Shown: positions 22,144-34,618 of the stretch, in pieces
How the letters are laid out: every line of letters begins with the position of its first letter
Numbering within the stretch: position 1 is the stretch's first letter
DNA from: Mobula hypostoma
Lineage: Eukaryota
DNA: 64,000 nucleotides
Direction: 5' to 3'
Assembly (NCBI RefSeq): GCF_963921235.1
Contig: NC_086109.1
Coordinates: forward strand, 35,838,001 to 35,902,000
Program-made: the position numbers and the translations under genes
Notes under the pieces: generated by a model
Databases searched by the model: none
Seen by the model: the letters and a program-made list of their open reading frames with translations, nothing else
What the model was told of the DNA's origin: nothing

Positions 22144-24554
22144 TAATAAGCAGGCATAAGTCAAATAAACCCAAAAATTGAAAGTGTGGTTAACATGCAG
22201 GTACATACTCAAAGTGAGACCTACCACACTGATAAATGTTAAACTTTCCTGTTCACAAGGCTAATATTTGTTCTCTTGCAAAATTCCGCAATATTGGAGC
22301 AGCCTTTAACAGTTTTCTAACTTGCGTGAGGTGAATTAAAAGAATGCAGAAGGGAAAGGTCCTGTGGAAACTTTATTTCTCAGATCAACAATACATACAA
22401 AGCCTTGAACTCCATAGTCTGTTATGATTAATCAGCAGGAGGCATTCCTCTGGCAAAAGCCAATCAGTTTTCCATTTTCTCCTTCACTGTGAAGCCCATC
22501 CTGAAATGCACCATTGAGCACTCCCACTGAGATCTATCACAACTTGCCCCCCATGTTACAGATTAACATGGTGATTGTTAAGTTTACAATTTGAGCTTCC
22601 AGCATCCAGTCTACAATTGAGTTGTCAGGATGACTGTGGAATAACAATGAATTACATCTCATGTATTTCCAATCAACATCATGTCATACCACTGGAAAAG
22701 AAAGAGCTGAGGCAATAAGACATCTGAAAAGAGACACAAATGTATAATAATTTAATGCATAATAGATAAAGCAATAAAGGGGATACTGTATAATTAAATC
22801 AAACAATTCTGTGTCATCACAACATTTTTTTCTGTTTTGTTTGATCTCACAATCAAAGTAATTTGAAGCTTCTGCAAGAGGTATGTTTAATGTAAGTATG
22901 TCTTTGAACACATGCAACTCAAGATAATGCTGTAAAATCTATTGAAAGGAATAACATAAATGCAAAGACATTTACAATGAACCAACTCTGTGTATTAAAA
23001 CTTCTGTTCCATTACCAGCAACTGGTTAATTTGCTTACGTTAGATTCCTTTGTGTATTATTTTAGTGTTCCTTTAAGCTAACATTATTGAAATGGAACTG
23101 AATAGAATTTGGTGAACGCTTGTGAACAAAATTAATTGGTGGTAGTTTAAAATTCTATATTAATACATGGATTAATTAACAAATTTTACGACACATGCTG
23201 GTGGTAATAAATCTGATACTGATTTGATTATAATATGAAATGGTGTGATGCACTCATTTAGCAGAAGGCTTTCCTTAGTTGAAACTATTGTCCAAGGTGT
23301 ACAGCACTTTGGAGGAGATATCCACTGAATCATCAAGGAGATCATTCCCTCCCATTTTTCATGTTGGTATATTTGCATTTCTGTGATTAAAGGCAGTCAG
23401 TGACTAATAAATCTTCTCAAGGTATTTGAATACTGTGGAATTTCAGCTCAACTGGCTATGAGAGTTTCTCAAATGCAACGAAAATGAATGGTTTAATTTG
23501 AGAGAGTGAGGTGAGGCCAATGCCATTGATTTGCTTCTCATGGTGGCTGGCCACTGCCATGGATGCTCATGTATGGGTTAGTGCTGGAGGAAGAGTAAAG
23601 AGTAAAGAGTAAATACACAGATTGCATCATATCATTGTGTTGAAACTGTGCCCATAATGTTCCTGAGCTCCCTCTCCCAGTGACTCAGCCTGTCCTTTCA
23701 TCAAGGCCAACCAAATGTAGACTTTAGGAAGAAGAGCAGATATCAAGCAAGGAAGAGGGCAAATGGTACATCCAACGTCAGCAGCAGTTTGGCTTGACAG
23801 CCAATTACCCTGGGTGAAATCATGACCACCAGAGTGCATCGTAGATAAACTACTGTATTACATTCCTTTGTAGCTGTTTAATATGATAAATAATGCTTAC
23901 ACTTTCTTCCATCTGGTACATCAGATGGTCATTTGTTTTCAATAGATTCTTAAAGTGACTTGAGAGGAATTCTAAATTGAATAATAATTTTCAAGTGATT
24001 CAAAGATGGTGAAATTGCGTTAAGCAGTCTTTGGCAAGGAAATACTTGGCTTATATCTATAGTTTGAACTGTACTGCCAGGGTACCACTGCAAACATCTT
24101 CCCAAGAAGTCACACTCTGAATGAATATTTCATGTCATTTCTTCGCCACAGCTCGGGAGGATTTTAAGGGAGCACCTTGCACACTTCACAGCTAAGCCAA
24201 GACTTCCATCAGCATCACCCCGAGAAGTGTTTCATGATGTGCGGCTTTAGCAAAGTTCAGCCAGTGCAGAAGCACATACTAATTTACCTGAAAAGGAATG
24301 CTTGCTGTTGAGTTAGTGGTGCAAAAAAATGATGTGTTCTTCCAAAACTTTCCATGATTCCTTGACACATTTCACTCTTTAGTTAATCACTCTTAGACAG
24401 TAAGCGTGATTCACAACTTCGTCATTAGGTGCAGCCTTATAATTTGGAAAAGACATATCTTTGGAATTCAATTAGATAACTGCCTTTTTCCCCTAAGTAA
24501 TGCAGTTGGACATCATTTTGGTTTCTGAAATAAAGCACGACTGTGATCATTTAT

Positions 24555-24849
24555 ACCTCACAGCTGGTGTGACCTGAGTTCAATCCTAATCTCTGCCATT
24601 ATCCGAACAGAGTTTGTGCATCTCCCTATGATCTTGTATATTCACTGAGTGTTGTGGTTTCCTCCTTTATAGCAGAGTGAAAAGGCTAATTGGCTGCCAC
24701 ACATTTCTCCTCATTTCTAGGTGAGTGATAGTCATAGAGGGGAGTTGATGGCAACATGTGGAGAATAAAATAGTGTTTGTGTAAATGGGTGATAGATGGC
24801 TGGCATGGACTTGATGGGCCAAAGGACTTCTTTCCATGCTGCTTGACTC
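24555..24849 (+). mobile_element. V-SINE (HE1-like)
   Basis: GAGTTCAATCC B-box, V-domain-like core, and GATGGGCCAAAGGAC...TTTCCATGCTG CR1-like tail. Confidence 0.65.
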
Positions 24850-25337
24850 TAGATTATGAGGACACTCAGTCCTCGTTTATTGTCATTTAGTAATGCATCC
24901 ATTAAGAAATGATACAATATTCCTCCAGTATGATATCACAGAAACACAAGACAGACCAAGACTAAAACTGATAAAAACCACATAATTGTAACATATAGTT
25001 ACAACAGTGCAAAGCAATACCGTAATTTGATAAAGAACAGACCATGAGCACAGTAAAAAAAAGTCTCAAAGTCCCAATAGCCCCATCATCTCACGCAGAC
25101 GGTAGAAGGAAGAAAAACTCTCCCTGCCATGAACCTCCAGCGCCGCAAACTTGCCGATGCAGCACCCTGGAAGCACCCAACCACAGTCGACTCTGAGTCC
25201 GTCCAAAAACTCAGAGCCTCCGACCAGCCCTCCGACACCGAGCACCGAACACCATCCTCTGCCGAGCGCTTCGACCCCAACCCCGGCCGCTAAGCAACAG
25301 GCAAAGCCGAGGATTCGGGGCCTTACCCGCCGGAGAT
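24850..25337 (-). mobile_element. 5'-truncated copy of the (TAATC)n-tailed retroposon
   Basis: TAGATTATGAGGACACTCAGTCCTCG...; colinear with 61030-61512. Confidence 0.85.
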
Positions 25338-25349
25338 GTGCAGAATTCA

Positions 25350-25656
25350 AAGGTTCACAATATGTAAGGATGTAGGGCCTTTCTACTTAATGATGTTGTA
25401 TGGAAACTATTATTACCATTTTTATTAACAACTAATTTCATTACTTAGCCTAATAGGTTAGATTTACCACAGTACATAATTATCTATTTAAATGTTTATT
25501 TTGCTTTTATATCATCTCAATGTGTACTTAAGAATGTATAAATAATTGTAGTTTTATACATATAAAAAAATGGAAAAGGTTATATGTGTGAAAAAAGTAC
25601 ATGATAATTGTGAACTCCTTATCCAAATAAAAATGAAATTAAAAAAAAAAGAAAAA
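25350..25656 (+). mobile_element. Poly(A)-tailed retroposon 3' UTR (possibly L1/Tx1-like)
   Basis: AT-rich segment ending AATAAA...A-tract at 25627-25656. Confidence 0.35.
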
Positions 25657-25800
25657 TGACTTCAGCCTGAAAAAAATAACTTTGTTTCTCTTTCCACTGA
25701 TGCAGCCTAGGCTGCATTGAGTCATTCCAGGATGTCTTTTGATTTGATTTCAGACTTCCAGGGATTGAAATGTTTTTGATGCTAGAGCTGTTTTTTTATC

Positions 25801-25826
25801 ATTATTATTATTATTATTATTATTAT
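25801..25826. repeat. (ATT)n microsatellite
   Basis: Direct reading. Confidence 0.95.
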
Positions 25827-25849
25827 AAGGTGGATTTTGGGTGGGGGGG

Positions 25850-26190
25850 TGGAGATACGTCTCTACCAATGGAGAAGTAGGGCACACCTTCCCTCTGCTA
25901 GCCTTCAAGTCACCCTTGGGTGAGGTGTAGCACTTGCTTAGACCCTTGATCTGGGTCACGTGAGGCCATTAGAGCAGGTAGTGGATGGTCATATGAGCAG
26001 CTGGTGCATATCACAAGTCCAGTCAAACAATCCCTGAAGAATATTGATAATGGCTGGGTGTACCAGTCTTGTAAAGACACTGCCCAGAAGAAGGCATTGG
26101 CAAACCACTTCCGTAGAAAAAATTGTCAAGAACAATCATGGTCATGGATAAGACCATAATCATCCACATCAATACGACACAGCACATAAT
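25850..26190 (+). mobile_element. RTE-related SINE
   Basis: 3' part GAAGAAGGCATTGGCAAACCACTTCCGTAG...CAAGAACAATCATGG resembles the RTE/BovB-type 3' terminus. Confidence 0.55.
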
Positions 26191-27389
26191 CCTCATGTGA
26201 ATTGAAATTGCTTAGAAGTTAATACTGATACCTCTGGTTTTCACTATCCTGATTAATTCTTTCTTAAATATGTGTTTTCTCAGTCTACAAAAATTAAATT
26301 AAAATGTAGCAATAGATAATTTGGTAGAAAATGTGTTTTCATTGCAAGTCATAAGGTGATGATCACATTAATTGATAATAATTCAAGAAACAATCTGTGT
26401 GCCATCTTTCTTCTCATTCTATGAGATATAGACATGAATTGTTCTGCTTAAGTATAAATCAGCAGTGCGTACTACATTTGCATTAGTGCAGGTACATTAA
26501 AGCTCAAAAAAATGCCAATACTGTCCAGGACAAATTAATATGATTGTTTGAGATGGAACTTTCTTTCCAAAGTCTTTACTCACTTCACCACTCGGGTGCG
26601 GTGAGTGCGACAGGTATTATTTTCATATTCCATTGCAACAATTGGTTTCTTTGTCAATACCTCCTTCCAACATTCTATGAGACAAAGGCAACTGGCATTT
26701 AGGAACACTGCAGTCATCTTCTGGTAACACGCAAGCAGCATTCAAGTCAAGCTACTGGACCCAAATTCTGTAACATTTTGCCAAGAGGTTACATGTGATG
26801 CATTGTGATGTGGTAGATTTGATTCCAAGTTGGATTGACCACAGGAGTCTGAGGATAGTGGTGGAAGTGTATTGCTCTGACTGGAGAGCTGTGTCCAGTG
26901 GTATTCCACAGTGATAGTACTGGGATCTCTATTATTTATGATCTCCCTCGATGACTCAGACCAGTTTATTTGGTAGGTTTGCAGATGATACAGAAATTTG
27001 TGGACTTGTGGATATTGATAAGGGTTGCCAGAGGATACAGTAGGATATAGCTCAGTTGAAGACATGGCAGAGAAATGCCAGATGGAGATTAATAGGGGAA
27101 TTCTGAGGTATTGCACCTGGAAAGGGTCAAATGCAAGGTGAACATATACAGTAGGATCCTTGGGTGCACTGTTGCACTCTGAATGTGGCAAGGCAGACAG
27201 ATTTTAGTAAATAAGGTATATTACATGCTTGCAATTCATTAGCTGAAGCAATGAGTAAAAGGCTCAAAGATTTGTGTTGCAGCTGTACAAAACTTTAGTT
27301 AAGTCATATTTGAAATAGTCTGTGCAATGGTTGCCCATTACAAGAAGGATATGGAGACTTTGAAGAGAGTGAAGAAGGTGTTCATTAGA

Positions 27390-27822
27390 GGCCCCACCTC
27401 CCCCTCGTACCCCATCTGTTACTCATTTTTATGCACACATTCTTTCTCTCACTCTCCTTTTTCTCCCTCTGTCCCTCTGAATATACCTCTTGCCCATCCT
27501 CTGGGTCACCCCCCCCCCCCCCGGTCTTTCTTCCCGGACCTCCTGTCCCATGATCCTCTCGTATCCCCTTTTGCCTATCACCTGTCCAGCTCTCGGCTCT
27601 ATCCCTCCCCCTCCTGTCTTCTCCTATCATTTTGCATCTCCCCCTCCCCCTCCAGCTTTCAAATCCCTTACTCACTCTTCCTTCAGTTAGTCCTGACGAA
27701 GGGTCTCGGCCTGAAACGTCGACTGCGCCTCTTCCTAGAGATGCTGCCTGGCCTGCTGCGTTCACCAGCAACTTTGATGTGTGTTGCTTGAATTTCCAGC
27801 ATCTGCAGAATTCCTGTTGTTT
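27390..27822 (+). mobile_element. Solo PLE 3' UTR/pLTR copy
   Basis: Near-identical to 12473-12877. 12-bp TSD GTGTTCATTAGA at 27378-27389 and 27823-27834. Confidence 0.9.
27688..27725 (+). ncRNA. Minimal type-I hammerhead ribozyme motif
   Basis: Identical to 12773-12810 (TAGTCCTGACGAAGGGTCTCGGCCTGAAACGTCGACTG). Confidence 0.75.
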
Positions 27823-28424
27823 GTGTTCATTAGAATGCTCACTTGGTTTGAGAAAATTAGCTATAAGGAGAGTTTGGACAAACTTAGATTGCTTTTTTTC
27901 TGGAACAGCAGAGGCTGAGGAGTGACTTGATGGATGTTTGTAAAACATTGACAGAATAGACAATCTTACTCTTTTTCCTTGGGGTTAAAATGTGAAATGT
28001 TAAAGGCTATAGCTTTAAGGCAAGAGGGGAAAATTTAAAGGAAGTGTGCAGGATAAGGCATTGCTGCCAAGCTCAGGTAGTCAAGTGACCAATCAGGACT
28101 TAATAATATCTACTGTGATTAATGATCCAAACTATTACATTGATCCACTCATACCTATTTAGTTCCAAGGAGAATACATCTAAGAGTTAACTCTTCGGCA
28201 TTGGTCCTTGGGTAATTGTGTATTTTGCAATACATGTACGTTGTGACCAGCTGAAGTAAAGTTCTTTGCAGTTCTGGACACATCTACATTCAATAGACAA
28301 CAGCATCTTTGCTCAGAAAGTGTAAGTGAAAATAGTACATTCTTGAAAAAAGTACTAAAGTTATAAGATTCTTCTGTTCTACATTAGTGGAAGATAGTGA
28401 TAATGAATTACTAGCTCACCTACT

Positions 28425-29100
28425 GTGGTTGCCTATATCTCCTGGTTTCCAGCCATTTTAATTCTCCTTCCTATTCTCATATAGCCATGTCTGTCCTGGG
28501 CCTCTTTTACTGCCAAGATGAGCCTATATGCAAATTAGAGATACCACACCTAATATTCCCCTGAGTAATCTACAACCATGGCGTGAACGCTAAATTCTGA
28601 ACCTTCTGGTAACCATTCCCTCCTCTAGCCCTTTCCCTTTCCTCTTATATCTCACCTCCTGATCCATTTGGTCCCCATCACTATATCTCTTTCCCTTACC
28701 CTGCCCTAACTATCTTCCCATCACCCACAGGCACCTCCCATTTCTACCCTCTCCACCTCCCTCTCTTTATCGCTTGCTCCACTTTCTTCTCCTATCAGAG
28801 TCCCTCTTCTTCAGCACTTTGTCACTTCCACCTATCACCTCCCAGCTTCTGTCACCATTCACCATTCTCCACCCTCCCTCATCTGCCTATCATACCCTTC
28901 ACCTGGTTTCTTTGATCACCTGCCATTTCTGGCACCACCCTTTCCCTCCACCTTTTTGTATTGGCTACCTTCCTTTTATCTTTCAGACCAGATGAAGGCT
29001 TTTGATCTGAAATGTTGACTCTCCATTTCCCTGTATTGACCTGTTGAGTTCTTCCAATATTTTAGGTGCTAAGCCAGATTCCAGCATCTGCAGTGTCTCT
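28425..29100 (+). mobile_element. Old PLE copy: GIY-YIG C-terminus and 3' region
   Basis: SHFNSPSYSHIAMSVLGLFYCQDEPICKLEIPHLIF parallels 12300-12470. Decayed hammerhead CAGATGAAGGCTTTTGATCTGAAATGTTGAC at about 28989-29019. Confidence 0.8.
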
Positions 29101-29587
29101 ACTGTATCATTTTACAACTCTCCAGATTTTTAATTATATTGGTCATTATGGAAAGGCAAACTTCTCCTAATATGGTGTGCTACAGGTTCTATGGGTTACC
29201 TAATAACTACTTGAACTTGGTTTGGACAGAAGCAAAATTTACAGTGTCACTACACTCAGGAGCTGGGCTACTATCCTGAACTATAGCCAGCACCTCTGCC
29301 TTCATTTCAGTGATCATTGTAAACCACTTCCTTTTGCTGTAGAAGGTCTTTCAGACCATTGAGTCCAGGCTTATCTCTCAGAGCAATCCTGTAAATTAAT
29401 GTCACTGCTATTTTCTGTAATATATTCTCTGACAGGTGTCTATAGGTTCAGTTCTGAACCTCCCATCACCCACCTACACTGGAGGCAATTTGCCGTAAGC
29501 AAATATGCAGCCAACTATCACAATTTTTTTTGGGTGAAGGAGGAAACAGAAACTGTTGAAGGGAGAATGCAAAAACTCCACACAGAA

Positions 29588-30914
29588 AGTCATAGTCATA
29601 GTCATAGTCATAGTCATAGTCATAGTCATAGTCATACTTTATTGATCCCAGGGGAAATTGGTTTTCGTTACAGTTGCACTAGAAATAATTAAATGGTAAT
29701 AAAACCATAAATAGTTAAATAGTAATATGTAAATTATGCCAGGAAATAAGTCCAGGACCAGCCTATTGGCTCAGGGTGTCTGACCCTCCAAGGGAGGAGT
29801 TGTAAAGTTTGATGGCCACAGGCAGGAATGACTTCCTATGATGCTTTTGTGTTGCATCTCGGTGGAATGAGTCTCTGGCTGAATGTACTCCTGTGCCCAG
29901 CCAGTACATTATGTAGTGGATGGGAGACATTGTCCAAGATGGCATGCAACTTGGACAGCATCTTCTTTTCAGACACCACCGTCAGAGAGTCCAGTTCCAT
30001 CCCCACAACATCACTGGCCTTACGAGTGAGTTTGTTGATTCTGCTGGTGTCTGCTACCCTCAGCCTGCTGCCCCAGCATACAACAGCAAACATGATCGCA
30101 CTGGCCACCACAGATTCGTAGAACATCCTCAGCATCGTCCGGCAGATGTTAAAGGACCTCAGTCTCCTCAGGAAATAGAGACGGCTCTGACCCTTCTTGC
30201 AGACAGCCTCAGTGTTCTTTGACCAGTCCAGTTTATTGTCAATTCGTATCCCCAGGTATTTGTAATCCTCCATCATGTCCACACTGACCCCCTTGATGGA
30301 AACAGGGGTCACCGGTACCTTAGCTCTCCTCAGGTCTACCACCAGCTCCTTAGTCTTTTTCACATTAAGCTGCAGATAATTCTGCTCACACCATGTGACA
30401 AAGTTTCCTACCGTAGCCCTGTACTCAGCCTCATCTCCTTTGCTGATGCATCCAACTATGGCAGAGCCATCAGAAAACTTCTGAAGATGACAAGACTCTG
30501 AGCAGTAGTTGAAGTCTGAGGCGTAAATGGTGAAGAGAAGGGGAGACAAGACAGTTCCCTGTGGAACCCCAGTGCTGCTGATCACTCTGTCGGACATACA
30601 GTGTTGCAGCCACAAGTGCTTTGGTCTGCCAGTTGGGTAATCAAGAATCAATGACACCAGGAAAGCATCCACCTGCATTGCTGTCAGCTTCTCCCCCAGC
30701 AGAGCAGGGCGCATGGTGTTGAACGCACTGAAGAAGTCAAAAAACATGACCCTCACAGTGCTCGCTGGCTTGTCCAGGTGGGCGTAGACACGGTTCAGCA
30801 GGTAGACGAAGGCATCTTCAACTCCTAGTCAGGAATGGTAGGCGAACTGGAGGGGATCTAAGTGTGGCCTGACCATAGGCCAGAGCAGCTCCAGAACAAG
30901 TCTCTCCAGGGTCT
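29588..30914 (-). mobile_element. Rex1/Babar-type LINE, 5'-truncated, with (ACTATG)n tail
   Basis: RT ORF, AATAAA and a hexamer tail at 29588-29636. Confidence 0.9.
29836..30756 (-). pseudogene. Reverse transcriptase fragment (Rex1/Babar)
   Basis: FFDFFSAFNT, GVPQGTVLSPLLF, KFSDG (catalytic DD changed to DG), KTKELVVD, YKYLG, RLYFLRRL. Confidence 0.9.
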
Positions 30915-32082
30915 CCAAAGCACAAGCAATCAGGGTTAAACCCAGGTCATTGGTGCTGTGGGACAGTTGTACTACTGTGCTGCCTGAATTGCAATATGAG
31001 AAGGAGACTTCAGCTAAGATCAGAATTTGTTTATGACCATTTTTGGAGATACAAGTCTACCTCCTGGGATTGAATATCATTTGAGTAACCAGAATGGTTT
31101 AGCTGCCTAAACAGGTATCCTTGGCAGCCATTTAAAGTAACTGTAAAATAACTAAAAATGTGTTAAACACTTGTTTTAAGATCAAAGCTCCAATTGAGTT
31201 ATTCAAAATGCTGTGAATATGAAGCTTGATAGCTTGATCTAATCAGGTTTGCAATGTCTTGGAAAGGTTTAACAAACAGTTCTTAAAAGGATCATTAAAG
31301 GCTAGAATTTAAAAAGTAACTTATCTGAAATCTTATCTGAATTTAGAGCCGGAGGAGTATAACAGGACTAAGGACCATTTGCATCTAGTGTCATCCCCTA
31401 CATTCTCTTTTCCACAATCGCTTCCCTCCTTCACCCCATCGCAACCACACCCTCTCCCCAATACTCTTTTGATGTTCTTACCTCGCAGTCAGAATAATAA
31501 CTGTTACTGGGCACATACAGTAGCTTCATCATCCTAATGAGGCTGACATATCAATTTGTCATTGTACTATGTGAGTTCATTCATGTCATATTTATATTAA
31601 GTGCCATATAAATAGTTAGACTTTCCCCTGTGCTTTCATCTTGTCATAACTTTGCTCTAAAAACTGAATAAATGGGATCTGAAATATTCATTTTTCACTT
31701 ATCCAATCTAATTGACGACTTAAAAATAGAACATGAAAGGACTGAAGAGAGAATGGCCTAGAATGCAGGAGTTCAATGTCAAATCAGGTGGAGGTGCAGA
31801 ATTAAGAGAAAACATATTTATTTTAAGGGTTTGGCAACTGCAAAAAAGTGAAAAAATATTCCTTCCAATGAGACCAGATAAAATTAGCCCTTAAGTTTAT
31901 TATCTGTAATAGACAGATTGGTTGGTGGTTAAAGTACTTCATCTAGGGCAACCTAAACTGGAGTCCAGGGAGCCTTCAGTTAATGTTGAGGGTCTATGGC
32001 ATAAAAAAGGTTGGGATTCCATGTTCTATGCTATTGATGATGAACCACAAATGCCTACACAGTCATTTTTCATTTTCATGAT

Positions 32083-32433
32083 GTGGTCGGCTGCTTCTAA
32101 GCCATCGGCTAGTTGATGGTGCCTGGAGGTTTATGGCAGGGAGTTTCTCCTTGTTGCCGCTTGCTATTGGGGACTCAGGAGTTGATCGACTCGGGGACTT
32201 TTGAGACTTTATTTACCATGCCCATGGTTTGTTCTTCATCAAATTATGGTATTGCTTTACACTGTTGTAACTATATGTTATAATTATGTGGTTCTGTCAG
32301 TGTTACTCTTTGGTTTGTCCTGTTTTCTGTGATATCACTCCGGAGAAACATTGTATCATTTCTTAATGCATGTATGCATTTCTAAATGACAATAAAAGAG
32401 GACTGAGTGTTCTCATAATCTAATCTAATCTAA
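32083..32433 (+). mobile_element. 5'-truncated copy of the (TAATC)n-tailed retroposon
   Basis: ...ACAATAAAAGAGGACTGAGTGTTCTCATAATCTAATCTAATCTAA. Confidence 0.85.
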
Positions 32434-33320
32434 AGACAACAACATTCTTTTGATGATGAAACAGATGAAAACGGCCATTTTATGAAGGTACTTGAGGGAA
32501 AGCAAATCCCACAACTCCATATTTACTTGTTGATCTCAAACTGCAATTCACTTGTACCCAAATAGTGGTGACTGCCATTAATCCAAATATTCTGGCCAAA
32601 TATGTATTGCAGAAAAATAATCAAGGCATGTAAGCACTTGAGTGGTTAGCTCTAATCCAAATGTTGCACCACTTTATACCAGGATGAGCTCAAGGCTGAT
32701 TGTAGCTCTTAATTTTTCCAATTTATGTCAATGGACGGGAAGCACTCCAAACTAAAGGTTCAGATTTTAAAATTATCTATTTTGATCAAGTGATATGGTG
32801 TCCCCTAGCTGGGGAAGGAATTATGTGCCATCACAGGGAATGGGTAGAAGTGTAAGGACTTAAAGAACCTACATTCATTTCCCTCCATTTCCCAATTACT
32901 TTTATTATTCTAATTTAACTTTAATTTCAAAGGTAGCTTATAGTTAAAAAAAATAACAAATTTCTTAATCAGGAATACAAAGCTAGAAGCAATGGTTTAG
33001 CCATTTCATGCTGTGTTAGTCTGTACTAATAGTCAGGTACATTGGCAGTACAGTATATCACAGATATCCTGCATTTCTAAGAGTTAGAAAATCTAATAAA
33101 AGTAATGACACACAAGAGTAAATGTATGTAAAAAACAATGTTTGAATATAAATGAGTAAATTATATTCAGCTTAGGCAACAGATCATGAATGGAAAACTT
33201 TAGAATTTAGATTCGTGAATTTAAAACTGCATGTACAACCTACTTACCTGTACAATGCTGAATACATTGATAAATGATCCCTCAACTATTCCCACAGCCA
33301 GTTTTCCATCAGACACATTC

Positions 33321-34618
33321 TGTCACAATGGGGTGCTGGGAATGACCCAAATGCGAGACACAGACACTGAAGTACAAGGAACAGGACTTGACTGGAGTAG
33401 CGACGTGACAGGATTCAGGCAAGAAGCAGGGACAAGAACGCAGACTTGGGCTAGGGAAAGCAGGACCAGGACTAGGAACCATGGACTAGGAGACAAGGCT
33501 TGGACTCCGAGCCTGAGACTGGACAAGGACCCAGAACCAGGCAAGAACGTGACATGGCTTCAGGACAGGACAAGGCTGGGGTCTAGAGGCCTGAGCTTGG
33601 AGACAGCTGGGGTCTTTGCTCTTGAGGCTTGAGGCTGGGGTCTTGGGTCTTGAGCTTGGCTGCAGGCTGGGGTCTTGGGTCTTGAGCTTGGCTGCAGGCT
33701 GGGGTCTTGGGGTCATGGAGCTTGGCTGCGGGATCCTCGAGGCTTAGGTTCTTGGAGCTTGGCTGCGGGATCTTCGAGGATTGGGTTCTTGGAGCTTGGC
33801 TGCGGGATCCTCGAGGCTTGGGTTCTTGGAGCTCAGAGACAGACTGGGAACCAAACATCAACATAGAGCCGGGACTTATCCTTCAACAAGCTGGGACTTA
33901 ACTTTAACACAATACTAAAATGAGACAGGAAAGAACATAGACATAGAGCCGGGGCTTATCCTAAGACAAGCTGGGACTCAACTTCTCCACACCAAGGTGG
34001 GACAGGACCATCCATCGTGTAACCGCAGAACGGCCAGACTTACCCAACAGAGGCAAAGACAAGACAAGACAGATCCCCTCGCAGGGCAACAGCAAAATGG
34101 CCTGACTTTCCCCACGGAGGCAAGGACAAGACAAGACAGATACCCCCACAGGGCAATGGCAAAACGGCCTGGCTTACCCCACGGAGGAGAGGACAAGAAG
34201 AGACGAACACCAAAGAACGACAGACAGTTCCATCTCTGCTCTGGAGAAGCTCCGAGTCTCAGTTCGGCTAGCAACCTCAGCTGGCTACGGAAACAGTCAG
34301 ATCCCTACCTAGCTCAGTGTGGCTGGCAACCACTCAGCTGGCTCAGGAAACAGCCGAATCCATACTGCAAAGACAGCTCCGACTACTGACAACAAGGCTC
34401 CATGTAGCGATGGTTCTCCAACACGGCCTAAAGATGACAAGCCTTCCATCGGCAGGCTCCCAGGGGAACTGACGAGACAAACCAGCAGTTCACACTCAAC
34501 CCCAAGGCTACTTACATTCCTAGCCCCAAGATGGGAATCAGTTTCCTATGCTTAACTCAATCAAATGAGGGGCAGCTGGAAGACCCGGAGTCCTGAGTTC
34601 ACGGACCGGACCGTGACA
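33321..34618 (-). mobile_element. Solo LTR related to the 1400-4009 family
   Basis: TGTCAC...GTGACA termini; TSD CATTC/CATAC; both ends match the 1400-4009 LTRs; internal tandem repeats at about 33590-33832. Confidence 0.85.

Larger units (their letters stand above)
26790..28055 (+). mobile_element. Old CR1 RT fragment, interrupted at 27390-27822
   Basis: VSSGIPQ, FADDT-like and YKKDMETLKRVKKVFIR|MLTWFEKISYKESLDKL motifs. Confidence 0.75.
29470..30985 (-). mobile_element. V-SINE split by the Rex1/Babar insertion (parts at about 29470-29587 and 30915-30985)
   Basis: GGGAGAATGCAAAAACTCCACACAGA on the left; CAGGGTTAAACCCAGGTC...TACTGTGCTGCC tRNA-like head on the right. Confidence 0.6.

Noticed and set aside
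27327..27963. 154-192 aa ORFs
   Set aside because: Chimeric read-through of a CR1 fragment and the non-coding PLE pLTR.
29399..29692. ORF with (HS)n repeat
   Set aside because: It is a translation of the (CATAGT)n LINE tail.
33231..34555. Overlapping ORFs and ~35-bp repeats (CRISPR-like spacing considered)
   Set aside because: These are head-to-tail tandem repeats inside a solo LTR, with no unique spacers, in a eukaryotic context.
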